A DNA stretch of 63,157 nucleotides, counting the filler, from Octopus bimaculoides (Eukaryota), in the NCBI RefSeq assembly GCF_001194135.2. It is 9 parts of 9 records of this genome, joined end to end, with 100 filler letters (N's around TTAATTAATTAA, not from the genome) between each part and the next. Parts side by side here need not be neighbours in the genome. Positions count along the whole stretch, not along the records: positions 34,159 to 41,738 come from NC_068986.1; positions 41,839 to 48,172 come from NC_068995.1; positions 48,273 to 50,682 come from NC_068981.1; 6 more parts are not named here. One strand, written 5' to 3'. Under the pieces are notes generated by a model. That model was not told where the DNA came from and did no database searches. It was given only the letters and a program-made list of their open reading frames with translations. The translations under genes were made by a program, and so were the position numbers. Below are positions 36,331-48,935 of this stretch, in pieces. How positions within the stretch are numbered: the first letter of the stretch is position 1; every line of letters begins with the position of its first letter.

Positions 36331-36889
36331 AACGAAACTGAGAGTTAAATACAATCGATAAACGTTAGTTATAAATATAAATAATAATATTAGGGAATAC
36401 GATTCCAAAACTTACAGGGAAAATTCAATTTAGTAATTCTAAATCAAATTTCCCAATATATAATACATATATAACTTAGAGAAAAACTAACTATTAACAA
36501 ATTCAATAATGAAAAATGTCATTCAAAGCATCTAGAAAAACTAATATACCACAAAAACCCTATTGCAAAAGTCAATACATTACACAATCAAAAAGTGGCA
36601 AATAACATTAAAAGGCTACGCGCGTTTCGTGGCTATATTTAAAATATATTCGATTCGATCTAAAAATAAGATAAGTTATGTTTTTATTTTAAGTAATGTT
36701 GTTAAATATTTTTTTATTATTTATTGTTAAAACAAGTATTTTTCTATATTTATTTGATATTTTATTATAAGATTTGATACGTACATTGATTTTATTATTA
36801 TTATTTTTATTATTCTTATGATTTGATTTAGAAGTGGTTATGCTAAATATCAATGAATTGAGGAGTCGTTTCTTACTTTTCTTTGCGAG

Positions 36890-37420
36890 GTGATGGCCTT
36901 ATTCTTCCATTGATATCATGGCATCCTTGGCTATGCCAAGTCTTCTCTTGAAGTTATGGATACCATTGTAGTCATTGGTAATAAGAGTACCTGGGTACAC
37001 AAATTCTTTTACGTTTTCGATACTTTCATTGCTCATTGTTATGCAATCTTGTTCATTATTTGTGGTGCTTTTAGTTATTTTCATTACTTTTGTTTTTGTT
37101 GGGGTTTAGATGAACCCCACTGGAGTACTTGTATCATTTACTAGAACCTGTAGTTCTTGCATGCTGCTGGCTAGGAGGACTATATTGTCTGCATACCTCA
37201 GATTTGTAATGACCTTATCACTAATTTTGATGTTTCCAGTGAAAACATACTGCACGTCTTGCATTATTGTCTCAAAATATATATTAAACGAGGTGCGAAA
37301 AAAGGATGCAGCCCTGTTCAGTTTTCTAATTGCTTTCTTGACTTCAGAGAAGAGGGTTGGTGGTTCATTGGTGTCAACAAGATTGTGTAAATGGCAGTAC
37401 CAGTGTTGTCATTCTTCTTA
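36890..37420 (-). mobile_element. RTE-like LINE RT fragment, internally deleted
   Basis: EPPTLFSEVKKAIRKL joined to QGCIL..FNIYFE..NLRYADNIVLLAS..KTKVM..IENVKEFVYPG..RRLGIAK. Confidence 0.8.
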
Positions 37421-37599
37421 TAAAGGTCATTGCATTATTGCATCTTTCTTTCTTTCTTTCTTTCTTTTTTTCTTCTACCTCTCTCTCCATATCTCAATCT
37501 CTCTAAATGTGTACAGGAGGAAATGTGTACAGGCCGACTAAAGATGTCTCAAAAATGTATAAGTGTAGAATTGAAATTATTCCTGGGGGGCTGGTAAAT

Positions 37600-39100
37600 T
37601 GCTGATGGGATCAATCCAAATAATATGATAATGGCAGTTCTAAAACGTAATACCTACATAAAGACCACTGCTCAGATAGAGTGGAAGAAACAAGAATTCA
37701 TCTGCTCCTATGCTCTCACCAGACCTCACATTAGCATCCTTGACACCATCTTTAAATAGAAACGCAAAAAATAGATGACAAGAATAGAAACACTGATGTG
37801 AATGACAGATATTTCCCTGGTCCTACTGATTCACAAGAGAACGCAGATGAAAACCATGAAGGAGAAACCTGCCAAGAAAGGAGACACCAGTACTAATGGC
37901 CCTATGATCACTAATGTGAGCAACCAAAGAGATGAAATGGCTAAACAAAAAAAGGAAAAAAGGTAAAAGGAACAGTAAATGATGAAAAAAAAAGGAAAAC
38001 AGATGCCTCTGACAATCACACAAATAATAAAAGAAAAAACAAAAGAGAGCCCCCACGAAAAACAACTAAGAAAAGAGACAAGTTAGACAAGAGACAATAC
38101 GCAAAGATACAAATAGTTAGAGAGTGCACACAAGTGTATAAATTCTATTTGTGCAGTGTCTGCTGGCACGGAGATGATGGCACAAACAGCCACTTCCTAC
38201 ACTCAAAACCATACTACAGGCAGGACAAGCATTTCTCTTGAAAGGGACCAAAGAATAAAGAAAGACCTCAGAGGGGAAAAAGTCGTGCATCACCTACATC
38301 AAAACGAAAATATGCTGAAGTAGTGCAAACTACCCCCAATAGCCAGTCCTATCCAGATACCGTCATAAGGGTTGCAGCTCAGCAACAGTCTTATACAGAG
38401 CAGAAAAGATTGTACAACAACTGACCTGGCTATATCCATTCCAGGGCCCGAGTCATCCCCACCAACACACGACCGCCACAGCCAGTAGATCCAGGGTGGG
38501 CACTACCGGCATCAACATAGATGTCTCACCAATATTCTCTTTGAATATTAGAGGACTGTTACAACTCAGTAACAGAACAAACATTCCCTTCTTGAGAGGC
38601 CTTGTGGCATTCAATCAAGCCTTATGCATAGAACTCACCAAAAACGCACCTAAAACCCGACATCGCAGATGCAGAAATACATGGCCCAAAGTATGTTGTA
38701 CTGAAAGGCAACAGAAAAGACAGGAGTCAGGGTGTTGCAATGTACATCCAGGAAGATCTCACACCCCAGATACTTTTGCGACACACTAATTGTACATATA
38801 GGACAGCTCAACTAAGTTATATGTACTGCTTAATGCCCACCAGATGCTCCAAATCATACAGGCCTATTCGAAGGCTGTCTTGCAAAAACAGAAGTCTTAA
38901 TCAAACTAGAACAACACACTAGCGTACTTCTTATGGGAAACTTCAACCTGCCCAACATAAGATGGTCTGAGGGCTTTTTTCTTCTCGGGAATGACGCGTG
39001 GTGAACAAGTCAGATGGAATCCCTGCTCAACCTAACCAACAAGTTATGCATGGAGCAAGTAATACTCCAACCAATCAGGTCAAACAATATATCAGGCTGA
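37600..39100 (+). mobile_element. CR1-group LINE 5' part: decayed ORF1 with CCCH-like fingers and APE endonuclease
   Basis: CWHGDDGTNSHFLH; FSLNIRGL; (E)THLKPDIADAEI; GVAMYIQEDL; LLMGNFNLPNIRW; MEQVILQP. Confidence 0.75.
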
Positions 39101-39164
39101 GTAAAAAGTAAGCAACGTTTTGAAACATGAAATTCATCACAATATACATTCAACAATGCGGAAA

Positions 39165-39820
39165 TTTTAAGTTTGTTTATTCCGGTAACATAAAAATCTG
39201 GCGTTCTGAAGCTGATGAACTCTTTGCATGCACTTTCAGCATTGGTTTGATTTTTGAACTTCTCTTGCAGGAAACCATCAAGATTCTTGAAAATGGTAGT
39301 CGGTAGGAGAAAGGTCTGGGGGATAAGCTGGGTGGGAAAGCACTTCGTAGCCAAGTACCCTTAACTAGAACGTCATTAGTGAAATGTGTGGCCAAGTATT
39401 GTCATGAAGAATGATTGGCCCTCTTCTGTTGACCAGTCTGGGACGGAGGAGTATCAGTTTTTTGTTTATTTTGGCAATTTCATGGCAATGTTTCTGCAGT
39501 ATCGGTTTTTCCGGATTTTAAGAAGTGATAGTGGATGAGTCCAGCAGTACACCACCAGTCACCATAACCTTCATTTTGAACAGCTCGGGTTTCGGGAAGG
39601 TTTTCGGTGTTTCCTTTTGGTCCAACCACTGTGAAGAACGTTTTGCATTATTGTGCAGAATCCACTTTTCATCGCAAGTTACAATACGGTCGAGAAATGC
39701 ATCAGTCTGGTTACGGAGAAGAAGAGTCAAGCAAATTTCATATCTGTGCATTTTCTGATTTTCATTCAAATCATGTGGTACCCATTTATCGATCTTCTTT
39801 GATTTTTCAATCGCATTCAA
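39165..39820 (-). mobile_element. mariner transposase pseudogene fragment
   Basis: KWVPHDL; FLDRIVTCDEKWILH; degenerate YPPDLSPTDYH; FY..GINKL. Confidence 0.92.
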
Positions 39821-40283
39821 ATTAAATAGAAGTACGGCAAAGGAACGAACGGAAAATTCACACACAAGACATGGGCGGGCTCTTTCCTCATCAGCTATCG
39901 TCCAAAAGTCATTACAATTTCACGCCTTTAACGATAATATTATTCATTTTTTATGGTATCAACAGTCAAAAACATATAAATATATATAATTTCGCATTTT
40001 AAATACCTTGTAAGGAAAATCACCATGTTTTGTAATCTTAATTTTGTTTGTGAAATGGAACAATTGTTGGTGAATATGTTGATTGATTAATTAATTAATT
40101 AATGTATATCCATTAGATGTCTATGTTTTCTAACTCGATGAAAATGTTTGATATTTTACGATATTCTAAATAATATATTCATTGAAGTATTATCTCTTGA
40201 AAATTTAATATATTAAACCCAGTGTATCTTGGATGAATATCCCTATAAGAGGTTTAAATATCCTCATTGTGATTATATATATA

Positions 40284-40640
40284 TACTAGCTTAAAATCTA
40301 GTATGTTGCTTTTAAGCAACTAATGCCGAATGAGAAGATCTGCAAACAGATTTCTGACTTACTTTGGAGAATTTGTTGCAATTGTTTCCTCCAGAGTTAT
40401 ATCCCAATGATCGCTAAAAATCATGTAAAAAGAATCGCCGAAAACAATCGCAGTAATGAAAACATAGGAATCCAAAATTTCAGGATTGCAGATCCGGATT
40501 CGGTACGGAATGTTTTTAATTTACTCACGGAATCAGCCTGATTCCAAAATGGTATGATATGTTGGGCTACGGTTTCTAGGAGTAAAGTTGAAAACGTGTG
40601 ACACACTGACACACTGACATTCACATTTATTATATTAGAT
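40284..40640 (+). mobile_element. Helitron/Helentron-type non-autonomous element (putative)
   Basis: Starts ACTAGC; ends gacacactgacacactgacattcacatttattatattAGAT. Confidence 0.45.
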
Positions 40641-40675
40641 ATGTTTAATTTTGGGGAAACTGTATTTCAATTAAA

Positions 40676-41060
40676 GTGTGGCTGTGTGATAAGAAGCTTG
40701 CTTCCCAGCCACATGGCTCGGGGTTCAGCCCCACTGCGTGGCACCTTGGGCACGTGTCTTCTACTATAGCCTCGGGCCAACCAAAACCTTGCAAGTGGAT
40801 TTGGTACACAGAAACGGAAAGAAGCCCGTCATATATATATGTGTATGTGTGTGCGTGTTTGTGTTTGTTTCCCCACCATCACTTGACAACCGGTGTTGGT
40901 GTGTTTACGTCCCCGTAACTTAGCGGTTCAGCAAAAGGTCCCGATAGAATAAGTACAAAGCTTACAAAAAATAAGTCCTGGGGTCCATTAGATCGACTAA
41001 AGGCGGTGCTCCAGCATGGCCGCAGTCAAATGACTGAAACAAGTAAAAGAATAAAAGAAT
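40676..41060 (+). mobile_element. Family B SINE, near full length
   Basis: Head gtggctgtgtgataag, B-box, CORE and tail. Confidence 0.92.
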
Positions 41061-41167
41061 ATACGTGTGCGTGTGTATGTGTGTGTGTGTGTGTATGTGC
41101 ATGTGTGAGTGTGTGTGTGTGTGTGTATTTGTATATATTTCCACACACACACACACACACACACACA

Positions 41168-41333
41168 CGACGGGCTTCTGTTCAATTTCCGTCTATCAAA
41201 TCCACTCATCTGGCTTTGGTCGACCCGAGGCAATAATAGAAAACACACACACACATATATATATGTGTGTGTGTGTGTATGTATAGAGGCGCAGGTGTGG
41301 TTGTGTGGTAAGAAGTTTGCTTCCCTCACTACA
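41168..41333. mobile_element. Family B fragments (antisense CORE plus a sense head)
   Basis: 41168-41245 is the reverse CORE; 41285-41333 is a forward head. Confidence 0.75.
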
Positions 41334-43539
41334 GTGAAGAGGTAGTTTTTACTGGCTCTGTTATTGAATTTTTTGGCTGTTGAACGAAGAAATTATCGTA
41401 GAAAAGAACTGTTGAACTGTTTTATTTCCCGGTTCTACCGGGGAATAATTACAAAAATTATTGTAGTTGCTGGCCATTGCGGTATTTTGTGAAAACATTT
41501 TATTTTATTTTGTGAACTCTGAATAGTCTTTCTAGACTATTTTTGTGCCCTTCCCCCTAACGGGGGTGGGATCTGAACATTTTTGTACTGTTTAAGAGGA
41601 AAACTTTTTTATAGGTTTCCCAGTTTGTGTGGGAAACCAATTAAATTTTTTTTTAATTTTATGTTAATACGCCAACCGAATTATGTCGGTTGAGATAATA
41701 CGTGAGCAGTGTACTCTCGCAGAGAGTGAGTATAATAGNNNNNNNNNNNNNNNNNNNNNNNNNNNNNNNNNNNNNNNNNNNNTTAATTAATTAANNNNNN
41801 NNNNNNNNNNNNNNNNNNNNNNNNNNNNNNNNNNNNNNATATATATATATATTTATTTATTCAGAGGGAGCGCTACACAAGTATAGGAACACATATATAC
41901 ACACAAACACACGCACAGACACACATCCCCGTATAAAAATATGCTTGTATGTGTATGAACGTGTGATGGTGAGTATATGAAAAGCGTATTAAAACCATGC
42001 CCAAACAATAACTTTACAGTTAATACTAAATCAATTGTTTATTTTCGCATGAATTCTTGCAGTCTGGAACACTAAAAATCCGAAATCCATTATCGAATTT
42101 TCTAGACTGCCTCATCCTCTGGATGGAGTATTTTGGGAATATATCGCTGCTGGTCTACAGGTATCGTAGCCGTGATTGCGATATAAATATCACTGCCTAA
42201 ATTCTAATTTCTCAAATTCAGTATATGGGTCAATATCAATGATGCCCCTTTCTGCTTTGTGCTAATTGTATCCTATTTGAAAAACTAGCGATGGACTGGC
42301 ATGTGTATTGCTTTAGTTTTTAATCGTCTGTGTTTGGTGGTAAGCTCTTAATAGAACGAACTTATCGTTTTCTGTTGATTTTCATAATATTTTCGCTTTG
42401 TATTGTGCAATTTAGTGTAACGTATTGACCCTAGCTGAATGTGCATAACATGCAACGAATTAAGTGTCGTGCTTCTATAACCAGTGTAACGACAGAAGTT
42501 GTGGATTCTGTGACTTTTTGACTAGTCAGATAACAATCAATTATTATACACGTTGATTATTATAAGTGACTGATCGTAGGGTTAAGAGACTTGATGTTCG
42601 TTGTTGATAAGTGTATATTTTAAATTTGTAGACTTCTTTTAGCATTAGATTACGGTTTGATGGAATTTTGTGTCCTGCATTTTGATAATGGGCATGTCTA
42701 TTGAATATTTGTTATGCATTTGATTCATATAAAATAAAATTGGTATGTGAGCACTGGTTATTTTGATAAGTACTCAATATGACATACAAGATTCAAGACA
42801 AATATATTTGCTGCGCACCTTGAAATTCTTAAGCGTTAAGAATATGCATCTCTGCTAGGGTGGGAATTCATCGGTATGTGATTAATATATGGGCCTGTTA
42901 TGTTTATACGTGATTAACTCTCAACGGTGTGATGATAGTAGTGAGTGACCTGCATGTTCTACAGACATTGAAAGCTGTGTTTGTAAAGAGTTTCGTTGTT
43001 TTTATTATACTCTCTCGGGTTCTTAATCTAATGTTATATATATTTCAGAGCACGTAAACCAATTTCACACCTCTTTAGAAATATGATTGTGGTTTTGCAC
43101 CAGCCTGGCGTTACGTAATAAAATGCAATATATTTGAGCTATATAAAAGATATGATTGTTACGGTGTCACGATATAATTTCTTCGGTGACGTACGGTATT
43201 TGGTTGCAATTTTTGACCAGTCTATAATACTGACATATTGCTATCTATTGCTACAAATTTTCTGTCAGAAGCGATATGTGATTGATATTTGAATAATATT
43301 TTTTAATATATCAAATAAGAATATAGTGGCCCCTTCTTTGGCATCGTGCTGCTGATGACACTTTTCTTTTTTATTTATTCAACATCCCGTTCTATAACGC
43401 GCCTGAAACTATTTAGAGCAAAGATTAAAGAATTTGCTTTAACATAGAATTAGAAACTAAAATAAATAATTTAATTTTACTTTTTTCTACAAAATTCTGC
43501 ATGCACCTTATTATGAAATAACTGTTTTTCCTTATATGT

Positions 43540-44000
43540 TCAAGGTGGTGCACTAGCATGGTCGCAGTTCATTGACCGAAGCAAATAAAATGTGTTTACG
43601 TCCCCGCAACTTTGTTCTGAAACATACGTGTATTGTGTTCTACACCGGTTTATTTGTCTCGCAAAGACTCCTAAAAATACTAAAACCGCTAAGTTGCAGG
43701 GACGTAAACACACCAACAGCGGTTGTCTAGTGGTGATGAGGAAACTTACACAGACACACACATAGATAGATATATATAGAATCTATTAGAGTAGATGCAA
43801 GCGCTTATATATGATTTATAGAAACATGTGACATATTAATAAAAATCTGTAAATGAACAACCATCCAGATCTTTGAGTACCTTTACATATATAGAGGGCG
43901 GGATTCTTTCAGTTTCAGTCTACCAAATCCTCTCACAAGGCTTTGGTTGACCCGACGCTTTAGTAGAAGACAATTGCCCAAGGTACCACGCAATGCGACT
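43540..44000 (-). mobile_element. Family B SINE, degenerate and rearranged
   Basis: Family B segments in mixed order. Confidence 0.65.
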
Positions 44001-44214
44001 TTGTATTTATGCATTGATCTATGAACGATAATGTGTAAATATACACGCGTATATGTGAAGACTTTTGCAGAGCTGAATGCATTTCTTTGTATATAAATGT
44101 GCACAAATGTCCTGCGCTTTCGTCGGCAGGTATCATTTCTACTTGCAATTAAGCTTACACATATTTGTCGTTTGAAATCAGCGCCTTCGTTGAAACAGCT
44201 GAAGACTGATATCC

Positions 44215-44257
<43 letters not shown>

Positions 44258-44528
44258 AGAAATATCTAATCAAACCTGTTAAATATATGAACCACCTTTG
44301 TGCATATTGAAAAGAGATGAGGCGAGAGAAGTGCATATTATGCGAGACCGCGCTGTAGGCAAACTAGAAAGGTTTAGTTAATGTCAGGAAGAGATTGTCC
44401 GTTTCGGATACCAAAGTCGGAAGTTAATGATGTGCTTGTTTGGTAATAGCTAAATCAATACTATTAAATTAACTAATAAATAATTTTCTGAACTAGTTAG
44501 TGTTAACTAAATCAGGATGTGCTAGGTC

Positions 44529-44549
44529 AATAATAATAATAAAATAATA

Positions 44550-44613
<64 letters not shown>

Positions 44614-44675
44614 TAATAATAATAATAATCATAATAATAATAATAACAATTATAATAATAGTAATAATAATAATA
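44529..44675. repeat. (AAT)n microsatellite
   Basis: Direct reading. Confidence 0.97.
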
Positions 44676-45489
44676 AGGAATTGGCTTAGATACAAATTCT
44701 AATTTGTTATCTAATAGAGAAATGTGTATGATATCAATGTTCAGGGTTCATTACATGTATTGGTGGCAGTGGGGACGGCGACGGTGTTGCTAGTGTTAGT
44801 GGTGGTTGTGGCGGTGGTGGCGGTGCTGCTGCTGGTGGCGGAGGTTGTGGATTCTATATTTCGGAACCACTCTTCTACAGACACACACAAAACACACATA
44901 CACATACGCTCCGGCCCGCAAGAGCATATATAATCGTGTATACATTGATTAAAACAGATAGATACAGACAGGCAGATAGAGTGACTGACACATGCAGACA
45001 GATGATATCAGCTTTTCTTTGTTTTTTGTTTTTTTTAATACGTCAAAAAAGGTGAAAATCTCCCTTCTTGGACGAAGTACACCGGAATAGCCTTGTACGT
45101 GTGCATACATATGTGCAACTATGAATATTTGATTGTATTTGCATACATACATATACAAACGCGAGCATAAAGACATATATATATATATTTTGAGGGTGAT
45201 GAATTGAATATTAATTCAATTAACATCACTTTAAAACCAAGTGGCCGAGCATATAAAAAATATGAAAATTCAGAAAAATTGTATTACATGCGTATAAGAA
45301 GGGATGGCCACTAGGTGGACATCCCATATGCTAGAAAGAGGTCATAAACGACCCAAAATAATGTTCCCCAGAAAAAAATTCAGCAAACACCAGAAAATTC
45401 TGTTCTGGTGTAAATATAGGTAAATATAGATATTTGAGAGAGAATAAGAAACAGTGTGTTAGTTTGACGTTTAGGTGATGCGGAAGAAA

Positions 45490-45527
45490 TCTTTGACGTT
45501 TCAAGCCTACGCTCTTCTACAGAAAGA
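45490..45527 (-). ncRNA. Minimal type I hammerhead ribozyme fold with variant core
   Basis: Minus strand: TCTTT, CTGTAGA, A, GAGC-GTAG-GCTT, GAAA, C-GTC, AAAGA; 5-bp helix I, tetraloop stem II, loopless helix III, GUC triplet. Confidence 0.7.
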
Positions 45528-46250
45528 AATGAGTAGAGAAAAACCAATGGAGAGAAAAAGATGGCGAGTTCCGAAAATGCAAAAGTATTACATTCAGATA
45601 GTTTCGTTGGAGCAACAGGTATTTTTGACAGAAGTTTAACTTTGCATGGCGTAGCATTATGTAGGCTCCCATATGTAACTCTTACTTAACACACAAAAAA
45701 TACAGTAACAGACACTTACACATACAGACACGCACATGTACACGCGCATATATATATACCTTTGCCAAAAATGTATTATGTTAGAGCTGAAGATAATTCT
45801 CTCATTTATTCATTGTTTTATTTGTATAATACTCCACATATATATTACTGTGGAGTTACACCTGCAATATTTCTTAATAGATGCCGTAAATAAGATGTTT
45901 TATCATATTTGACATTGAATATAAAGCTCTTTCATCGTATTGATGTACGATGTTTTAACTACATTTGGTTGTACGATACATTCTTTTCTTGCTATCCTTG
46001 CAGTACGAATGATTTATGATGAATTAAATTGTCTTTTATTTTTTTTCAATTTTGTTTGTTTCCAAGAAACATTTTTATAATCACATTCGTAACTAGGTAT
46101 GTATATATGCATGCATATCTATGTGTGTGTGTGTGTGTGTGTGTCTGTGTCTGTACTTCTGTGTGTGCACGCGAGTGTGTGTCTGTGTGTATCTGTGCGT
46201 GTGTGTACATATGTATATATATATATCTGAGTGTGTGTGCGCGCGCGTGC

Positions 46251-46302
<52 letters not shown>

Positions 46303-46329
46303 GAATATATGTAAATATGCAAACATACA

Positions 46330-46940
46330 TTCTATTATTTTCTTCCTTTATTCTCTTATCCGTTTCAGATGCTGTCATGCTGGAGCACCACCGTGGTCCT
46401 TTTGATTTCCTCAGTCTGAAGTGTTTCACATCGCACATATATGTGCCTTTGTCCCAGCTTTTGGCCCATTTGGTGTATAATGGAGTTTGGTTCTGCTGCC
46501 CTTGCCTGCACCTCAGTCATAATATTGTAGGAGTTGTGTGAGGCAGCTCCGTCCTGGACGGAAGCGATGCGGTGTATTGTTCAATTGGTCATTTTCTTCT
46601 AGGAACGTTATCGAGTTTCTGATGATTCGCTCCATGACATTACCGATATGTAAAGTCAGAAAGATTAGTATGTAGTTTTTGGCCTCTGCTCTGTTTGTAC
46701 GTTTGTGGATACGACTTATAATGCCTTCTTTCAGCGTTTTAGGAAGTTTACCACTTGAAATGAAACTTCGGAAATAGTTTCGCTAAAACCTGCTTACATG
46801 ACTTAGGAGAATACCTGGGAAACCATCAGAACCAATAGCGGAGCATGAACTCATTTTATCTATGATTACTGTTACATCTGTTTCGTCAATGTTGATGTAA
46901 TCGATGACTGGATCTGCATGTGTCAAAGGTTTGAAGGGAA
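46330..46940 (-). mobile_element. CR1-group LINE, internally deleted (RT domains 0-2 joined to the 3' end)
   Basis: SAIGSDGFPGILL..SGKLPKTLKEGII..HK..AKNY..HIGNVMERII..FLEEND..FRPGRSCLTQLLQYYD, followed directly by the 3' tail homologous to 48327-48520. Confidence 0.82.
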
Positions 46941-47146
46941 GACACTTTTAAATTATTCACTGAGTATCTCACTTATCCTTCCTGGGTCCGCTCTCAGTGA
47001 ATCATTCCCTTGCAACAATGGTCTTATTTCATGTTGTATTATGGCTGTTTCCTTTGCGAATTTATAAAAAGCTTTGGGATTTGGTTTTATACTTTCCACA
47101 GCTCTCTTCTCTCTCTCTCACTCTCTCTCTCTCTTACTCTCTCTCT

Positions 47147-47180
<34 letters not shown>

Positions 47181-47326
47181 GGATGTTCACTTTTGTGTGA
47201 GAGTTTGATCTTGTTTTCGAGTTCTAACAGTGTCCGTATTAAGATAGACTTCTCCCTATTCTTCAGATGCCTATTCAGCCGCTAAGACACACACACACAT
47301 ATACGTATATATATATATATATATAT

Positions 47327-47375
<49 letters not shown>

Positions 47376-48272
47376 CACATATACACACTTACATATACGT
47401 ACACAAGCATATATATATGATATTTATATACCTGTATATATATAGCCATACTTGCGAATATGCATACACACTTATATACATACAAACATGCATGTGTTTG
47501 CATATGCATATAACCTGAGAGTATTAAGATTAACTTTAATGGATAATCTGCATTCTTTTCCTCAAACATAAGCTCAAACTATTCTACATGACGAAAGATT
47601 AAGAATCTCTCCGTATATACACGTGTGCTAATCAATATAATTGCTATAATCGACTTTACTTTGTACAAAATATAGTTATACATATAATAATATGTTTTTC
47701 AAAAAGGAAAAAATACATACCATTACTGACATTTCTCAAGAAACACGAATACTTTAAAATACTTAACAGAGGGTTTACAAAAGCATAGAGAAATAAAATA
47801 TGAAGGAAAATGAAGTAAAACAAAACAAACACAAAATAATAATATTTATTCAAATATTAACATATTTACTGCGAGCAGTATTAAAAAGTTAACAAGAATT
47901 AATTACACGGATAGAGTAAAAATTCAATTAGAATCTAACCTATATTTTTAATTTGACATTTAACATGAAGTTTGATAGCTATTGTGGTTAACTTACCTAT
48001 CTAATCTGGAATTACAACTTTTAATCAGTTATATATTATATGTATAAGAAATGTAATACTTTCTATTCCAACCATTACTGCAAAGTTTATTTTATTTCGT
48101 ATCATTAACCAAAATATATTTAAGTGTACTTTTGCGTATTTTGAATATAGTGTAAATGTATTGTGAGTGTCTNNNNNNNNNNNNNNNNNNNNNNNNNNNN
48201 NNNNNNNNNNNNNNNNTTAATTAATTAANNNNNNNNNNNNNNNNNNNNNNNNNNNNNNNNNNNNNNNNNNNN

Positions 48273-48318
<46 letters not shown>

Positions 48319-48326
48319 CACATATA

Positions 48327-48673
48327 CTCTTTTACTGTTTTACTCGTTTCAACCATGCGGCCGTGATCATGCTGGGGCACCACCATGGTCTTTCTGACTT
48401 CCTCAGTCTGGGTGTTTCATACCACCACTGTTGTATGTACCTTTGTCCCAGCTGTTGGTACATTTGGTGTATAAGAGATTTTGATTCCGCTTCCCTCGTC
48501 TGTACCTCATGTTGGACTGTTGGTTCATCCGGTATTGTGGAGAGGAGGATGTCTAGTTCCTTTTTGAAGATATCTACTTCCACCTTATGCAAATTTCTTA
48601 ATTTTTGTGGTAGGGCATTGAAGAGCTGTGGGCCTTTGAACTCTTGGCTATTGCAGTACTTGGTCCTGAATTT
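48327..48673 (-). mobile_element. CR1-group LINE 3' end
   Basis: [55 protein letters not shown], then tail ggtggtgccccagcatg...tgaaacgagtaaaa. Confidence 0.82.
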
Positions 48674-48872
48674 ATACATATGAATGTATGTATGGATGGA
48701 TGGATCGATCGATCGATCGATCGATATATATATGTATATGTATATGTATATATGTATGTGTATATATGTATATATGTATATATATACATATGTATATATG
48801 TATATGTATATATATACATACATACATACTTATATATGTACATACATATATATACATACATATATGCATACA

Positions 48873-48935
<63 letters not shown>

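Noticed and set aside
42050-43000. Possible highly decayed LINE (I/Ingi-like) on the minus strand
   Set aside because: Only vague peptide resemblance and no diagnostic motif recovered; needs a translated HMM search.
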